Of a stretch of 64,000 nt of DNA, positions 9,398 to 20,554 are shown piece after piece. The position numbers and the translations under genes were made by a program. The DNA is from Candidatus Bathyarchaeia archaeon (lineage in GTDB: Archaea; Thermoproteota; Bathyarchaeia; Bathyarchaeales; Bathycorpusculaceae). The stretch covers positions 66,259 through 130,258 of the forward strand of contig JBEKTQ010000010.1 of the NCBI GenBank assembly GCA_049515895.1. The letters are read 5' to 3'. Positions within the stretch are counted from its first letter, which is position 1. Each line of letters starts with the position of its first letter. The notes beneath the pieces are model-generated. The model was not told the origin of the DNA, ran no database searches, and saw only the letters and a program-made list of their open reading frames with translations.

Positions 9398-10666
9398 TTA
9401 GCGTATTTTTAATTCAGCCATTTTGGCTCTGTGCCCAAGGAAATCCTCAATCCTTATTAGCTCATTGAGTTTGGCTATGCGCGCCCCTTCAACTACGCCT
9501 GTCTTGATGAGGGGACACTTGTAAGCCACAGCCAAATGAGCAATGTGCCAATCGCACGTGTCTCCCGAACGATGAGATACAACAGGATCGTACCCGTGCC
9601 TCTGCGCTGTCTCAATTGTCTGAGCGGCATCACTTAAAGTGCCAATCTGGTTGACTTTTATTATGATAGCATTTCCAGCGTTAATCTTTATTCCATTATT
9701 TAACCTTTCAGTATTAGTTGTGAACAAATCATCGCCGCAGATTAAGCAGTTTTTGGCTTTGCGGGTTAGCTCCGCGAAGCTTTCGTAGTCCTCCTCGTGG
9801 AATGGGTCCTCCACGTAGGTGAGATGATACTTTTCGATTAATTCAAGTAGGAACTCAAGCTGCTCAGCGGTCTCAAGCTTCTTTCCTTCGCTTGGATAAA
9901 CGTATTTTTCTTCTTTAGGCTTCCAAAGCGAGGAGGCTGCAACGTCTATGCCGAAGGCGCATTCAAAGTCTAGCTCGTTGCCGACTTCTTCGCATGCTTT
10001 CGCGATAACTTCAAACGCGTCAGATGTGTCTATGTTAGCTATCCAAGCGCCCTCATCGCTTTTGCCGCCGTTAAAAGTTGCGCTTTTCTTTTTCAGTGAA
10101 TCGCCGATTTTCCTGTGAATCTGAGTATTGGCTGTTTGGGCCTCAACAAAAGTTTCTGCGCCATGCGGCAACGCAAGGTACTCTTGAATGTCTGGGGATT
10201 TGCCCCTCGCATGTTGACCGCCGCTTATGCAATTGCCAAGGGGGTACGGAAGGGTTGTTGCGGCGTTTCCTCCAAGAAATTGGAATAGCAATAACCCGTG
10301 ACTGTTCGCGGCGGCTTCAGCGTTGGCTAGGGATATGGCGAAGGCTGTGTTTCCGCCTATGTTCTTAAAATCAGTTGACCCGTCCAGTTCATGGAGGGTA
10401 CTATCGATTTCCTCCTGAAAATCAGCGTTCAACCCTGCAAGTTCAGGAGCAATCAAATCGTCAACTTTCTTAATGGCTGCCTCCACTCCGCCCTGCGGGT
10501 AATAAACCACCTCAGCTCTCCCACGGCTTTTTCCAGCAGGAGCAGCCGCCCTTCCGAAGCCACCGGTGGTGATTACGTCAACCTCGATGGTTTCTTCTCC
10601 ACGGTTGTTGAAAACTTTTCTAGCAATGAGGTCTTCGATGATGGATGACACGCCTTTAAACCTCAA
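9398..10666 (-). CDS. eno: Enolase
   Basis: EDPFHEED, GDDLFTTN, IKVNQIGTL, VVSHRSG, RIAKLNEL. Confidence 0.95.
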   Translation of the reverse strand: MRFKGVSSIIEDLIARKVFNNRGEETIEVDVITTGGFGRAAAPAGKSRGRAEVVYYPQGGVEAAIKKVDDLIAPELAGLNADFQEEIDSTLHELDGSTDFKNIGGNTAFAISLANAEAAANSHGLLLFQFLGGNAATTLPYPLGNCISGGQHARGKSPDIQEYLALPHGAETFVEAQTANTQIHRKIGDSLKKKSATFNGGKSDEGAWIANIDTSDAFEVIAKACEEVGNELDFECAFGIDVAASSLWKPKEEKYVYPSEGKKLETAEQLEFLLELIEKYHLTYVEDPFHEEDYESFAELTRKAKNCLICGDDLFTTNTERLNNGIKINAGNAIIIKVNQIGTLSDAAQTIETAQRHGYDPVVSHRSGDTCDWHIAHLAVAYKCPLIKTGVVEGARIAKLNELIRIEDFLGHRAKMAELKIR

Positions 10667-11072
10667 ATGGGTACAATTTTGTTGCCAGCTTATTTTAGGT
10701 TTCGGAACATGCTTATTTTGAACCTGAACAGAAGCAATCCACGGTGGGGAGGCTAAAGCTCTTATTTTTCAGTCCAAATGTGCGGTAATAGAGAGCGCTG
10801 AAAAGAACAAGGATAAGATTACTGACAATGAAAACTCGACGGTAGGAGATTGGCGATAATGGCTTAGTAGGCCTACAAGACTTCGTTTGTTATTTGGCAT
10901 GCGCACATGTAGACGCTCAATCTTCCTTAACATTAAAAACTTCCGTTAAAATCAAATTATTGGTGTGACCTAGCGAGTTAATTTTTCTGTTGAATATTTG
11001 CCTATTTAGCCTCGCAAAATTCCAGCTCGATTATAGGAAAAAAATATGAAAAAGTTGCTCAAATACCCTTAA

Positions 11073-11279
11073 TTAGTTCACAGCGGTTATGAAAACCACG
11101 TTTTTTCTGGTTTTGGTTGAGGCAGCAACTTTCCCGCCGTATTTGGATGCCGACCTGTTTGTTTCCCGATGGCTCATGTGGCATCGTACACCCATTGTTT
11201 TTTTGTCTGGCGAGACCCAGACAACGCTTCCCAACGTTTGGCATTCGGGACACTTTATCGAATCACCGACACTAACCAT
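11073..11279 (-). CDS. Small Zn-ribbon-like hypothetical protein
   Basis: CPEC...CHMSH putative metal ligands. Confidence 0.6.
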   Translation of the reverse strand: MVSVGDSIKCPECQTLGSVVWVSPDKKTMGVRCHMSHRETNRSASKYGGKVAASTKTRKNVVFITAVN

Positions 11280-11587
11280 AAACTGAAACCCCCATATTTT
11301 CTCTATCTATTTTTCGAGAACTTTTGCGCTCGTTTTCTACCAGAGCCCAAGCTTCACACATTAAGTACATATTTTTTTACCCCTTATTGTTCTCCTCTTA
11401 GAAAAGAATCAGTGACTCAACAGGGCTAAACCCAGAGAACAAAAGAAACTCTTCAGGAACATAATGGGTCCCACGCTTATAAACACGCAAAAATGAGCCC
11501 ATCGCCCCTTCCAAAAGCTTTTGCATCTTTCGCATAAATATAAAATTTTTGTTAAACAGGTCAACAAGCCAAAACCGGCCTGAATCG

Positions 11588-12364
11588 CTAAAGCTCGCTT
11601 AGAAGCTTGTCAAAAAGAGCTTTGCTTCTAGCAATTTCTTCTATAGGAGTATCCTGCACAAGCTCCAGCGTTATTGGTCCATCATAACCGTAGCAATGCA
11701 GCTTTGTCAGAAAGGAGAGAAGTTCAGCCTTGGGTTCGGTGAAGGGTTTATGTGCTTTGTTTGCCATGTGAACGTTGCAGACGCGCTTTCCATATTTCTC
11801 GAGAAGGTTGTCTACTTCTTTGGTTTCTAGCGCGTGACACAAATCAAACGTTATCCCCATGTTGCCTGCGTCTATGACGGATAGGACTTCTTCAAGTTGC
11901 TCAACGTTTTTGCCAAAACCAGTGGACGTATAGGAGAGGTTTTCCAAAGCCAATTTTATGCCTAATTTTTTGGCAAAAGGCTTGATTTCATCATTAAAAA
12001 TCTCAGTTAAGCACCTCTCTCTCACATTTCGAGGCAACTTCTTTGAAACATCGGAATGTACGGTCATAAGCGAAACGCCAAGTGCGCGGGCGCATTCAAG
12101 TGAAATTTTCCCGTAATAGACCGCTTGATGCACCTCAATTGGGTCTTTTACGTGCAGAATGGCAGAGTGAAGGGTTAAGCAGTTCAATCCAGAAGCCGCT
12201 AACGCTTTCTGCTCCCGATAAACATCTCTGTCGCGCTCTTTCTTTATAGCTTTCATGTTAAACTCGATGTTTTCGAACCCGAGTTGCTTAACCGCTGCAA
12301 AGTTCCCATTCAAGCCTAGTTTGCTGAAGATTCCGTTGGACAAACTCAGCTTCTTATGCCTCAA
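11588..12364 (-). CDS. Sugar phosphate isomerase/epimerase family (AP endonuclease 2 TIM barrel)
   Basis: LALENL, FDLCHA, NVH, ITLE metal-binding motifs. Confidence 0.85.
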   Translation of the reverse strand: MRHKKLSLSNGIFSKLGLNGNFAAVKQLGFENIEFNMKAIKKERDRDVYREQKALAASGLNCLTLHSAILHVKDPIEVHQAVYYGKISLECARALGVSLMTVHSDVSKKLPRNVRERCLTEIFNDEIKPFAKKLGIKLALENLSYTSTGFGKNVEQLEEVLSVIDAGNMGITFDLCHALETKEVDNLLEKYGKRVCNVHMANKAHKPFTEPKAELLSFLTKLHCYGYDGPITLELVQDTPIEEIARSKALFDKLLSEL

Positions 12365-12854
12365 CTCAGCCCTTCAAGTTCGGTTTGCAGTTCTATTAAA
12401 ACAGCTTTAAAGATAAACAAGTCGGTCACGCACTTTTGCCAAATCACGAACTGGAAATTTGGGCTCTAAAATTTTCAATTAAGCTCTGAATTTTCCTGTG
12501 CCTATTTCGGTGCTGTTTTTCAAATTTTTTGGTCTTTTTTGAATAGTTCTAGATTCATCAGTTCATTTTATTGGCATTTAGACTCACAAAAGGAAAAAAA
12601 ATATATGTAACTTCGCCCAATGTCTAAATGTTGGCTGGGGCCTCTGGTTAAAAAACTCACCGTGGAAAAACTGCAATTCCCCAATTTTCCACTTTTCTTC
12701 CTTAATTTTTCCAGAGCCTCAGCCAAAATCCTTCGTAAAAAAGCAAGTATGCAAATCTTAGAGTTAATTTCCGGCTTGATCATAGATGAAACTGTTGTAC
12801 TGGGCGCAAGGGTTATTTTTTGGATTTTCCAATGATAGATATTGGTGAATCGAG

Positions 12855-13151
12855 ACGGTTGAGGTTAAAGTTCGCTTTTTCACTTCCCTCAGAGAAATCG
12901 TAAACAAAAGAGAAGAAACCCTTACTTTCTCCGAAGGCGAGAAGGTGACAGTGGATTCAATTCTTAAAATACTTTCAGAAAAATACGGTGCACCCTTTAG
13001 GAATTACGTTTATGACAGCAAAAATGGGCAGCCCAAAGGGTTCCTACAGTTCCTCGTTAACGGAAACAGCATATCAACAATGAACGGGCTGCAAACGGAG
13101 CTTGCGCATGGAGATATGTTGGCCATTCTGCCACCAGTAGGCGGCGGCTAA
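12855..13151 (+). CDS. MoaD/ThiS ubiquitin-like small archaeal modifier protein (SAMP)
   Basis: C-terminal ILPPVGGG; frame extends upstream of the listed GTG as VEVKVRFFTSLRE; probable ACG start after GGTGA. Confidence 0.9.
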   Translation, partial: TVEVKVRFFTSLREIVNKREETLTFSEGEKVTVDSILKILSEKYGAPFRNYVYDSKNGQPKGFLQFLVNGNSISTMNGLQTELAHGDMLAILPPVGGG

Positions 13152-13189
13152 GAAATTGTGAGAAAAAACCACCACAAAAAGAATTGACC

Positions 13190-14977
13190 CTACATGACGC
13201 CAGCCCAGAAGGGAATCTTTTTGCGCATAAGATTAATGTATTCTTTTAGTACTTCTTGCTCTTCCCCAGTTAAGTCATCCGCATGCGCTGTCAACAATGC
13301 TTGCGCATCCTTCTCAGGCACCTTCACGAACAACACATCCTTCTCGAAAACGTGCCTGCCTGCAACCGGCTTATCCATTGAAATTGCTACCTGCATGCCT
13401 ACCTTGGCCTCAGGTACCGCTTTGCCTTGGTCCTGAATCTGGTCTACCTCGCCAAGGTCACTGCCATCTTCAGCCCGCATAAGCCCATACTTCGCTTTCA
13501 ATCGGCCACCTAACACTTCAACACCAAAAATAGCGGGTTTAGCTCTACGGAAAATGCAGTTAGGCAAAACAGTAACTTTGCCCGGCTTTACAAGGGCCTC
13601 AAATTCAGCCTCACTCTTTGTTTCACGCTTATTCTTAGCCCACTGCAAATATGCGTCGATTAGATTGTAAATTATAGGCTGGTTAAAAATCGGGATACCA
13701 TTAGCCGCGGCTTCCTGCTCAGCGTCAGGCAACGTTTTAACTCCAAATGCCAAGATAGCCCCAACCAATGGCTCGCGTGTCTTTACAACCGACGCCTCAA
13801 TCACGTCACGCTTGCTTATGTCGCCAACATCGGCAATTCGAACCTGCACTTTGTTTGTCTTCAAGATTTCAGCCATAGCCTCAAGTGAACCAAGCGTGTC
13901 AGCTTTAACAATAACGCCCTCAATCTCCTTAGCAATCCTGATTCTGCCTATTTCTTCAGTGATAAGCTTGCAGTACTTTGCTGGGTCTTCGCCTGTAGGC
14001 ACTGCAAACAGCGGTGCACCAGCCAAAGCGCCCTCCAAATCAGGGGCAACAACTTTAACACCTGCGCTGGCAAAAACACAATCAACCGACGTGAACTTGT
14101 CCCGAGGGTCCCTCATCTCATCCAGTGGTTTAGGTACCAAAATCGCTCGTACACGCGCAGAAATCGGGCCATTGCGTCCTCCGACAACAATCAAGTCATC
14201 CTTGTGCAGTGTTCCGTCGTAAATGATCGTGTTCAATGTTAAACCTAAACCAGGCTCCTCCTTAACTTCCAAAACAGAACCCTTAGCAGCGCCCTCTGTT
14301 GTCTGCAGCCGTTTCTTAAGAAACTGCTGACTCAACCCAACCAAAACCATAACCAACTCGGATAAACCTTCGCCTGTTTTTGCGCTGGTCGGCACTAAAG
14401 CCACGTTAATTGTGAAGTCGCGAATGTGGTCGAAGCGGTCTGTTTTAAAACCTTGCCGACTGAACTCGCCCATAATAGTGTATAAACGATTATCCAGCGC
14501 TTCGCGCACAAAACTCGACTGGGAAGCATAAGACTTCAAAAAAGGCGTTCCCTGTTGCGCCGTCCAACCGGGAATTCGGTCAATCTTGTTAACTGCGACG
14601 AGAAAGGGGGTCTTACGCGCCTTTAAGATTTCTATGCACTCGTACGTTTGCGCCTCAAAACCCCTTAAAACATCAATGACAAGAATAGCAATGTCAGCGA
14701 CGCTTCCGCCCCTGCGCCGCAGATTCGTGAAAGCTTCATGTCCAGGGGTATCTACAATAAGCAACCCAGGAATTTCAATGCCACTTTTGAAATTAGACAG
14801 CAAAGGTCCAATTAGCTGTTTGAGTGTTTCAACAGGGAAAAAACTGGCGCCGATGTGTTGTGTCATTCCTCCCGCTTCGCGAGCTTGCACGCTGGTTTTT
14901 CTTAGTTCATCAAGAAGTGAGGTTTTGCCTGCGTCTACGTGTCCTAAGACGCATACGATGGGTTGGCGTGTGGGCAT
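13190..14977 (-). CDS. infB: Translation initiation factor aIF5B (IF-2)
   Basis: RQPIVCVLGHVDAGKT, DTPGHEAF, NKID, KADTLGSLEA. Confidence 0.97.
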   Translation of the reverse strand: MPTRQPIVCVLGHVDAGKTSLLDELRKTSVQAREAGGMTQHIGASFFPVETLKQLIGPLLSNFKSGIEIPGLLIVDTPGHEAFTNLRRRGGSVADIAILVIDVLRGFEAQTYECIEILKARKTPFLVAVNKIDRIPGWTAQQGTPFLKSYASQSSFVREALDNRLYTIMGEFSRQGFKTDRFDHIRDFTINVALVPTSAKTGEGLSELVMVLVGLSQQFLKKRLQTTEGAAKGSVLEVKEEPGLGLTLNTIIYDGTLHKDDLIVVGGRNGPISARVRAILVPKPLDEMRDPRDKFTSVDCVFASAGVKVVAPDLEGALAGAPLFAVPTGEDPAKYCKLITEEIGRIRIAKEIEGVIVKADTLGSLEAMAEILKTNKVQVRIADVGDISKRDVIEASVVKTREPLVGAILAFGVKTLPDAEQEAAANGIPIFNQPIIYNLIDAYLQWAKNKRETKSEAEFEALVKPGKVTVLPNCIFRRAKPAIFGVEVLGGRLKAKYGLMRAEDGSDLGEVDQIQDQGKAVPEAKVGMQVAISMDKPVAGRHVFEKDVLFVKVPEKDAQALLTAHADDLTGEEQEVLKEYINLMRKKIPFWAGVM

Positions 14978-15140
14978 TGTTTTTCGCTTCCATTACAAAT
15001 TGTCCAACTGTTTAATGTTTTTATGGTTTATAAATGGGGTGGACCCTTTTTAGAAGGTCAAACAACTTGGGGCAAAAGGTGGAAGGCTTAGGTTTGCCTG
15101 AAAACATTTAGTATTAGCTGAAAAAAGACTGGTAAAGACG

Positions 15141-15350
15141 TTATTCAGAAGGTCTTACAAGCAGCATGAACAGGCCAATCGCAATCAGGATTACGCTTAA
15201 AACCCCGAAAAACAGGCTGAACGCGCCAAGTTCGCTGGCGCTGGTGCTTGTAGCTGTCAAGTATAGTAGGACTCCGCCGATTACTATTACAATTAAGCCG
15301 AAGAATTTCTCGGCAAGCGATATCCAGAATGTGTCGCCTTGTTCACTCAT
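15141..15350 (-). CDS. Small 2-TM membrane protein
   Basis: Two hydrophobic helices; ATG at 15350. Confidence 0.65.
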   Translation of the reverse strand: MSEQGDTFWISLAEKFFGLIVIVIGGVLLYLTATSTSASELGAFSLFFGVLSVILIAIGLFMLLVRPSE

Positions 15351-15569
15351 TGTTTCGCCCCGTCTCTCTGTGTTATTGGCTACATTAAACAAGAGGGGTA
15401 TTTTAAATTATTTGTTCTTTGTCGCGGTTCAGTCTCCTTTTGCATGTGACTCGACGAATGGAAATCTGCTTCACACCAGTTTCACTCTGAAATGAAAAAC
15501 AATGGGGTAACCATAAAGGTGTGGAAGGAATGAATGTAAGAGGCTGCTGCCACGAAATAATGTAAGTGC

Positions 15570-16652
15570 TTAATTCTTTAGTTTTGTTGGCAAATACTCG
15601 TCAACAATGTAAGTTAAACCGTAACGGCTAAAAGCTTCTTGTTCCGCCTTTCTTTTTATTTTCAGGAACAATTTTATTTCTTTTTGCCAGATCGGGTCAT
15701 TTTGATACCTTGGGTCTTTCTGCAGCTCATACAGTCGTTTTATGTCTACATCATCCAGTGGGTCGGTCGGCAGTTTGTACTCGATTATGTCGCTTGCCCA
15801 AACCCCGCTCCACACAGCGTCGGGAGTGTTGAGATCTCTTAGGTGAGCTGCATTGGCTGAACCTGAAATTATGACTTGTGCAATGTGCATTCCCCACGGG
15901 TCTCCGTCGGTTAAAATGTAAACAGGAAGGTTCAGTTCATCGTGTAGGCGTCGGATGAAACTGCGGGTTTGCCTTGGCGCCTGTCCACCACATGAAATCA
16001 AAAGTGCCTTATGCTTGTTATGCACGTTTTCTTCAATGAACCTCGTGAACAGGGCGCCTTTCTCAATGGCGATGACTTTGTTGGCTTTTGTCTCCATCAA
16101 CTCTGATGAAGTTAAGGCAGGACCAATCAATACGCCGTCGGGGTGGCTGGTTAAATTCAAGGTTTTGCCCTCGTAGCCTGGGACAGTGTAGCCTATTGTT
16201 AAGTCGCCGAAGATTGCGCTACGCTCTTCTGGGAAAATGTTGAAGTCTTCTCGTGCAAACCCCGTTAAGGTTTCTAGGTCGGTGATGATATTGTTGGATT
16301 CCTGCTGGTCCGTGAAGGTCATCTCGTAAGCCTGGGCTGAGTAGTAAACGTCTCTTAATGTGCTGGTTTTGCGTTGGGTTGTAAGTTCATTGCTGAACAT
16401 GGCAGCCCACGCCAGTTGAGTAAACGGTTTAATGTGCCTTATGTTTCGGGCGCTGCGGCTAACTGATTTATCGCCTAAAATATACTGTCGGACAACCGAG
16501 TCGTAGGCTATGTTATCCGTGGACCGGCTTGGCATGTCAATAGTTGGGAAAACACCCTGGTCGAGCTGATTATAAATTTGGGTGCCGAAACTTCGGAGTC
16601 CACCGATGACTTCGTTTCTTTTCTCAATAATTTTAGCTTTCTTCTGCGCCAT
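15570..16652 (-). CDS. top6A: DNA topoisomerase VI subunit A
   Basis: TLRDVYY catalytic Tyr, IEK and DGDPWG TOPRIM motifs. Confidence 0.97.
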   Translation of the reverse strand: MAQKKAKIIEKRNEVIGGLRSFGTQIYNQLDQGVFPTIDMPSRSTDNIAYDSVVRQYILGDKSVSRSARNIRHIKPFTQLAWAAMFSNELTTQRKTSTLRDVYYSAQAYEMTFTDQQESNNIITDLETLTGFAREDFNIFPEERSAIFGDLTIGYTVPGYEGKTLNLTSHPDGVLIGPALTSSELMETKANKVIAIEKGALFTRFIEENVHNKHKALLISCGGQAPRQTRSFIRRLHDELNLPVYILTDGDPWGMHIAQVIISGSANAAHLRDLNTPDAVWSGVWASDIIEYKLPTDPLDDVDIKRLYELQKDPRYQNDPIWQKEIKLFLKIKRKAEQEAFSRYGLTYIVDEYLPTKLKN

Positions 16653-18258
16653 ACTTCTGTACACTCTTCAATAGTTTATCTATGTCGGGAACACGCTCTT
16701 GCCCAGCCAGCGTGGTTGAGAACTGGGCGATTTTAGGTAGGTACTTGCTGAAGATTCCAAGCCGCTTCTTTTCCATGTGGACGTGCTCTTGACGTGACAG
16801 GAAATGCTGCAATTGGCGGGCAACTTCGCGGATCGCGTTTGCTTCTTCTCGGCGGACTTCGGGGCGGTCGGCGATGAATTCTTTTCCAACCGTCTTGTAG
16901 GGCACTTTTGTGCTGCAAATGTGCACGACGATAGCTATGGGCATGTCCGGAGAGACTTTGTAGCGGCGCCAGTTCATGGCTGAGATTACGCGGTAAGAAA
17001 CATCGCTGGCCTCATCATATAGCAACGGGATTTTGTTGGCAAAACGGTAAATCACAAAGCTGCCTCGCTTTGGTACTCCGCCGCCGTAGGCAATTGCCAT
17101 TTCAACGATGAAGGGGTGACCTGCATAAGTGGATGGCTTGCGTTGGTTTACGACAAGGTACTCTGGGTTTAACTCTTTTTGTACGCCGGCTTTAAGCAGT
17201 TCCTCGCCTAAGGGTGAGAGGCAGCTGGCGTCTGGCGGCAGGAAATCCTTGTATTTCTTGAGGTTCTGCATCAAGCGAACAATTTCCTCATGGGACAGCC
17301 GTTTAGGGTTCTTAGTGCTTGATTGTGCGTCTTTCCCGCATTGGGGACAAACAGGCCGGTTGTCAACCAATTTTATCTGGTCACTTAGAATTTTACCGTG
17401 ATTCGCACAGGTGAACGAGATCAAATCGCTGAAGATTAAGAATTTAAGAGCCGTGACATCGCCGACACGGTGAAAGTGCCCGGTCAAGAAATCAGTCATG
17501 TTGTTGTAGGGGGTAATCTGTATGAGACGCTGTAGAAGCTCCACGTCTACGCCGTAGGGGTGTGGCAGCGTTTCTTTAGGCGGTTCCGGCATGTCAGTGG
17601 TTGCGCGGGTAAACTTGTAGAGCCTGCCTTTTGGGTCGACAAACGTCAGATTCGCATATGGGTTTACCATGGCTGTTTGTTTGAAGTAATCGAGGATTTT
17701 AGGCATGGCCCTGAGATAGTCGCCTTCAAGGGAGAACTCGACTATTGTTCCGCGCCAGTTGTCCTTGTTGATTTGGACTTTGCGGTCAAGGATTATCGGG
17801 CGGTTCCTTTGAATATCGATCATTAATTTGAAACTGTAAATTTTTGCTTGACCCGTACATGAAACAACAAAGGCTGGTTGATGAGTAGTGATTTGCCCGT
17901 ACAGTACAGCCATTTTTCCGCCCAGTCCGAAGGTTCCACGCGTCTGCTTCAGCTTATATTTGCTGCCGAAGAGCACCTGCCCAAAAGCGGACGGTATAAA
18001 GCGTGGCTGGATTCCGCTGCCGTTATCTTCTACACGCAGCTTGTAAATTTGAGTGTCTTTTGTGGCTTCCCCTTCAAAGGATAGGCGCACGTAGATGTTG
18101 GGTGGAATTTTTTGGCTTTCAGCGGCGTCTAAAGAGTTTTCGACTAACTCACGGATTGCGGCGAATATGGCTCTAGATGGGTTTGTGAAGCCAGCGATGT
18201 CTCTGTTTCTGTAAAAAAAGTCACTGGCGGAAATCTCTTCGAAGGTTGCTTGAGCCAC
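16633..18258 (-). CDS. top6B: DNA topoisomerase VI subunit B
   Basis: ELVENSLDA, EDNGSG, RGTFGLG, RFANKIPLL, STKVPY. Confidence 0.97.
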   Translation of the reverse strand: MAQATFEEISASDFFYRNRDIAGFTNPSRAIFAAIRELVENSLDAAESQKIPPNIYVRLSFEGEATKDTQIYKLRVEDNGSGIQPRFIPSAFGQVLFGSKYKLKQTRGTFGLGGKMAVLYGQITTHQPAFVVSCTGQAKIYSFKLMIDIQRNRPIILDRKVQINKDNWRGTIVEFSLEGDYLRAMPKILDYFKQTAMVNPYANLTFVDPKGRLYKFTRATTDMPEPPKETLPHPYGVDVELLQRLIQITPYNNMTDFLTGHFHRVGDVTALKFLIFSDLISFTCANHGKILSDQIKLVDNRPVCPQCGKDAQSSTKNPKRLSHEEIVRLMQNLKKYKDFLPPDASCLSPLGEELLKAGVQKELNPEYLVVNQRKPSTYAGHPFIVEMAIAYGGGVPKRGSFVIYRFANKIPLLYDEASDVSYRVISAMNWRRYKVSPDMPIAIVVHICSTKVPYKTVGKEFIADRPEVRREEANAIREVARQLQHFLSRQEHVHMEKKRLGIFSKYLPKIAQFSTTLAGQERVPDIDKLLKSVQKYGAEES

Positions 18259-18489
18259 TTGCCGCTTACACCACTATTTCCCTGTTTTTCTCCCTTTCGA
18301 GTGCTTAGTATATTTGTTGCTTGTTTTTTAAGTTAACTGCATCTTAAGAAGAAAACATTTGATTTTGGCAGAGAGCTTTTGCTGGAAAATGGTTATTTTT
18401 GCTTTAAACGTGTAAAATAAGCCTACTTTATGCGTAACGGCTACAAGAAGAGCATAGCTTTGAAAATCGAAGAAATGCAGGAACATTGG

Positions 18490-20295
18490 CTACTTTTTAG
18501 GGGGCGTTTCTGGTTTGGTTGTTTTGGTGTAGTAGTATTCGCCTATGCCTTTTTGGAACTTGTCCATTTGGGAGTCTTCTTTGTTGACTCTTGGGCGCAT
18601 GGTGACTGAGTCTCTCCGGAAGGTTATGTCCATTTCTTTAAGGAACGAGTTCATGCCTTTCCTGAGACTGGTGGGGGATTGAGCTATGCCGCTTACGCCT
18701 GGTTCGCCGTTGAAAACCATTAAGCGGTCTGCGATGAAGTCTTGGGTCACAACGTCATGTTCAACGACGAAGGCTGGAATGCCGTGCGCTTCGACAACCC
18801 GACGTAACGTCTTAGCCATGTTTAAGCGTTCTTCGACATCTAGGTAAGCGCTTGGCTCGTCAAGTAGAAACAGGTCAGCTTTGCGGCTGAGGCAAGCGGC
18901 GATGGCGACTTTTTGCAGTTCACCACCGCTAAGCTCCATCACATTTCGATCCATCAAAACCTGAAGTCTCAGTGGCTGGGCAACTTCGGTTTTGTACCAG
19001 CTTGACGTAAAGTTTTCTTTAGCAACACTCATGAGAAGTTCTTGAACTGTGCCGGCATAATCAGGTGCTATGTACTGGGGCTTGTAGCTTACAGTTAATT
19101 CGCCAAACTTCTGCTTGTCATCGCTTAACTCAACGCCAGCAAGAATCTTTACAAACGTGGTTTTTCCAATACCGTTGGGACCTAGAATGCCAACTATTTC
19201 ACCGACTTTGATTTCGCCGGGTTCAACTGATAGTTTAAATTCGTTGAAGGACTTTTCCATGTGATCCCACTTTAAGATTGGTTCGCCTACATTTGTGCCC
19301 GCCGTCGGCGGCTTTTCGTGGAAAACGATTGCTTCCCTGCGGAACATTATGTTCTCGTCTGGGATGTAGCCTTGCAAGTAAATGTTTATGCCTGTTCGCA
19401 CCCCATGAACGTGCGAAACCACCCCATAGACGCTTGGTTCGCCGTAGAAGAGGCAGATTTGATCGGACAGGTAATCGATTATGGCTAAGTCGTGTTCAGC
19501 TACAACTATGGTTTTCTGTAGTTCCTTGAGGCTGCGTATCGCCCTTGCCACGACAAGCCTCTGTTTCACGTCCAGGTAGCTTGACGGCTCATCAAAAAGG
19601 TAAACATCCGCGTCGCGGCTCAGCGCGGCTGCAACTGCTACACGCTGAAGTTCCCCACCGCTAAGAACGTCTAAGGATCGATCCCACACTTTTTTTAGTT
19701 CAAGCTCTTCAGCGATTGCGTTTAACTGTTTTCTTTCATCGACCTTTTCCAGCAAATCGCCGACTTTGCCAGCGATTGCCTTTGGGATTTTATCCACGTA
19801 TTGTGGTTTGGTACTCACCTTGAGTTTTTTCTCGCTCATTTTTTGGAAGTAATCTTGAAGGCTTGAACCCCGATAATATTGAATTATCTCTGGCCAATCT
19901 GGCGGGTCATTGAACTTGCCAAAGTTCGGTATGATCTCGCCCGAGAAAACCTTAAGGGTCGTGGTTTTGCCGATACCGTTTTGTCCAAGTAAACCTAGCA
20001 CTGTGCCGGGTGAAGGCATGGGCAAACGGAAAAGTTTGAAGCTGTTTTCGCTAAAGCGGTGGCTGCAATCTTTCTCCAGCTCGTCCGGCAAATTGACGAT
20101 GCTGATGGCTTTGAACGGGCATTTCTTGACGCATATCCCGCAGCCGCTGCAAAGAGTTTCAGATATTACTGCTTTGTTTCCTTCAACTCTTATGGCTTCC
20201 ACTCGGCTGCGAACCATCGGGCAGAAGCTAACGCAGGGTTGGTTGCACTTTTTGACTTTGCATTTGTCCTGGTTAAGAACAGCAATTCTAGTCAT
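18490..20295 (-). CDS. abce1: Ribosome recycling ATPase ABCE1/Rli1
   Basis: N-terminal 2x[4Fe-4S] Cys motifs, two ABC domains (GQNGIGKTT, LSGGELQ, DEPS). Confidence 0.97.
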   Translation of the reverse strand: MTRIAVLNQDKCKVKKCNQPCVSFCPMVRSRVEAIRVEGNKAVISETLCSGCGICVKKCPFKAISIVNLPDELEKDCSHRFSENSFKLFRLPMPSPGTVLGLLGQNGIGKTTTLKVFSGEIIPNFGKFNDPPDWPEIIQYYRGSSLQDYFQKMSEKKLKVSTKPQYVDKIPKAIAGKVGDLLEKVDERKQLNAIAEELELKKVWDRSLDVLSGGELQRVAVAAALSRDADVYLFDEPSSYLDVKQRLVVARAIRSLKELQKTIVVAEHDLAIIDYLSDQICLFYGEPSVYGVVSHVHGVRTGINIYLQGYIPDENIMFRREAIVFHEKPPTAGTNVGEPILKWDHMEKSFNEFKLSVEPGEIKVGEIVGILGPNGIGKTTFVKILAGVELSDDKQKFGELTVSYKPQYIAPDYAGTVQELLMSVAKENFTSSWYKTEVAQPLRLQVLMDRNVMELSGGELQKVAIAACLSRKADLFLLDEPSAYLDVEERLNMAKTLRRVVEAHGIPAFVVEHDVVTQDFIADRLMVFNGEPGVSGIAQSPTSLRKGMNSFLKEMDITFRRDSVTMRPRVNKEDSQMDKFQKGIGEYYYTKTTKPETPPKK

Positions 20296-20554
20296 AGACA
20301 AACTCCTACCTATCAAGATAACAACTAAGTTATAAATTTAAAAAATAAAAAATCAAATCTTACAAATGATTGTTCAGCTGTAAAATTCGAAAATGGTCTT
20401 TGTTTTCAGAGACAGCCAACCAGAACAAACAGTAGTTAAGAAAATAAGAAGACAAAGACTTTCATCGGTCCTCAAAAAATAACCTCAAAACCTAATGGGC
20501 AAAATCATTTCGACTTAAAAGAAAAATATATTGAAAATATCTTGGCGGGTTAGT

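Noticed and set aside
12400-12840. AT-rich spacer as replication origin
   Set aside because: No ORB repeats recognised and no orc1/cdc6 nearby
17315-17427. Intein in top6B
   Set aside because: Far too short and lacks splice motifs; reported as a Zn-ribbon insertion instead
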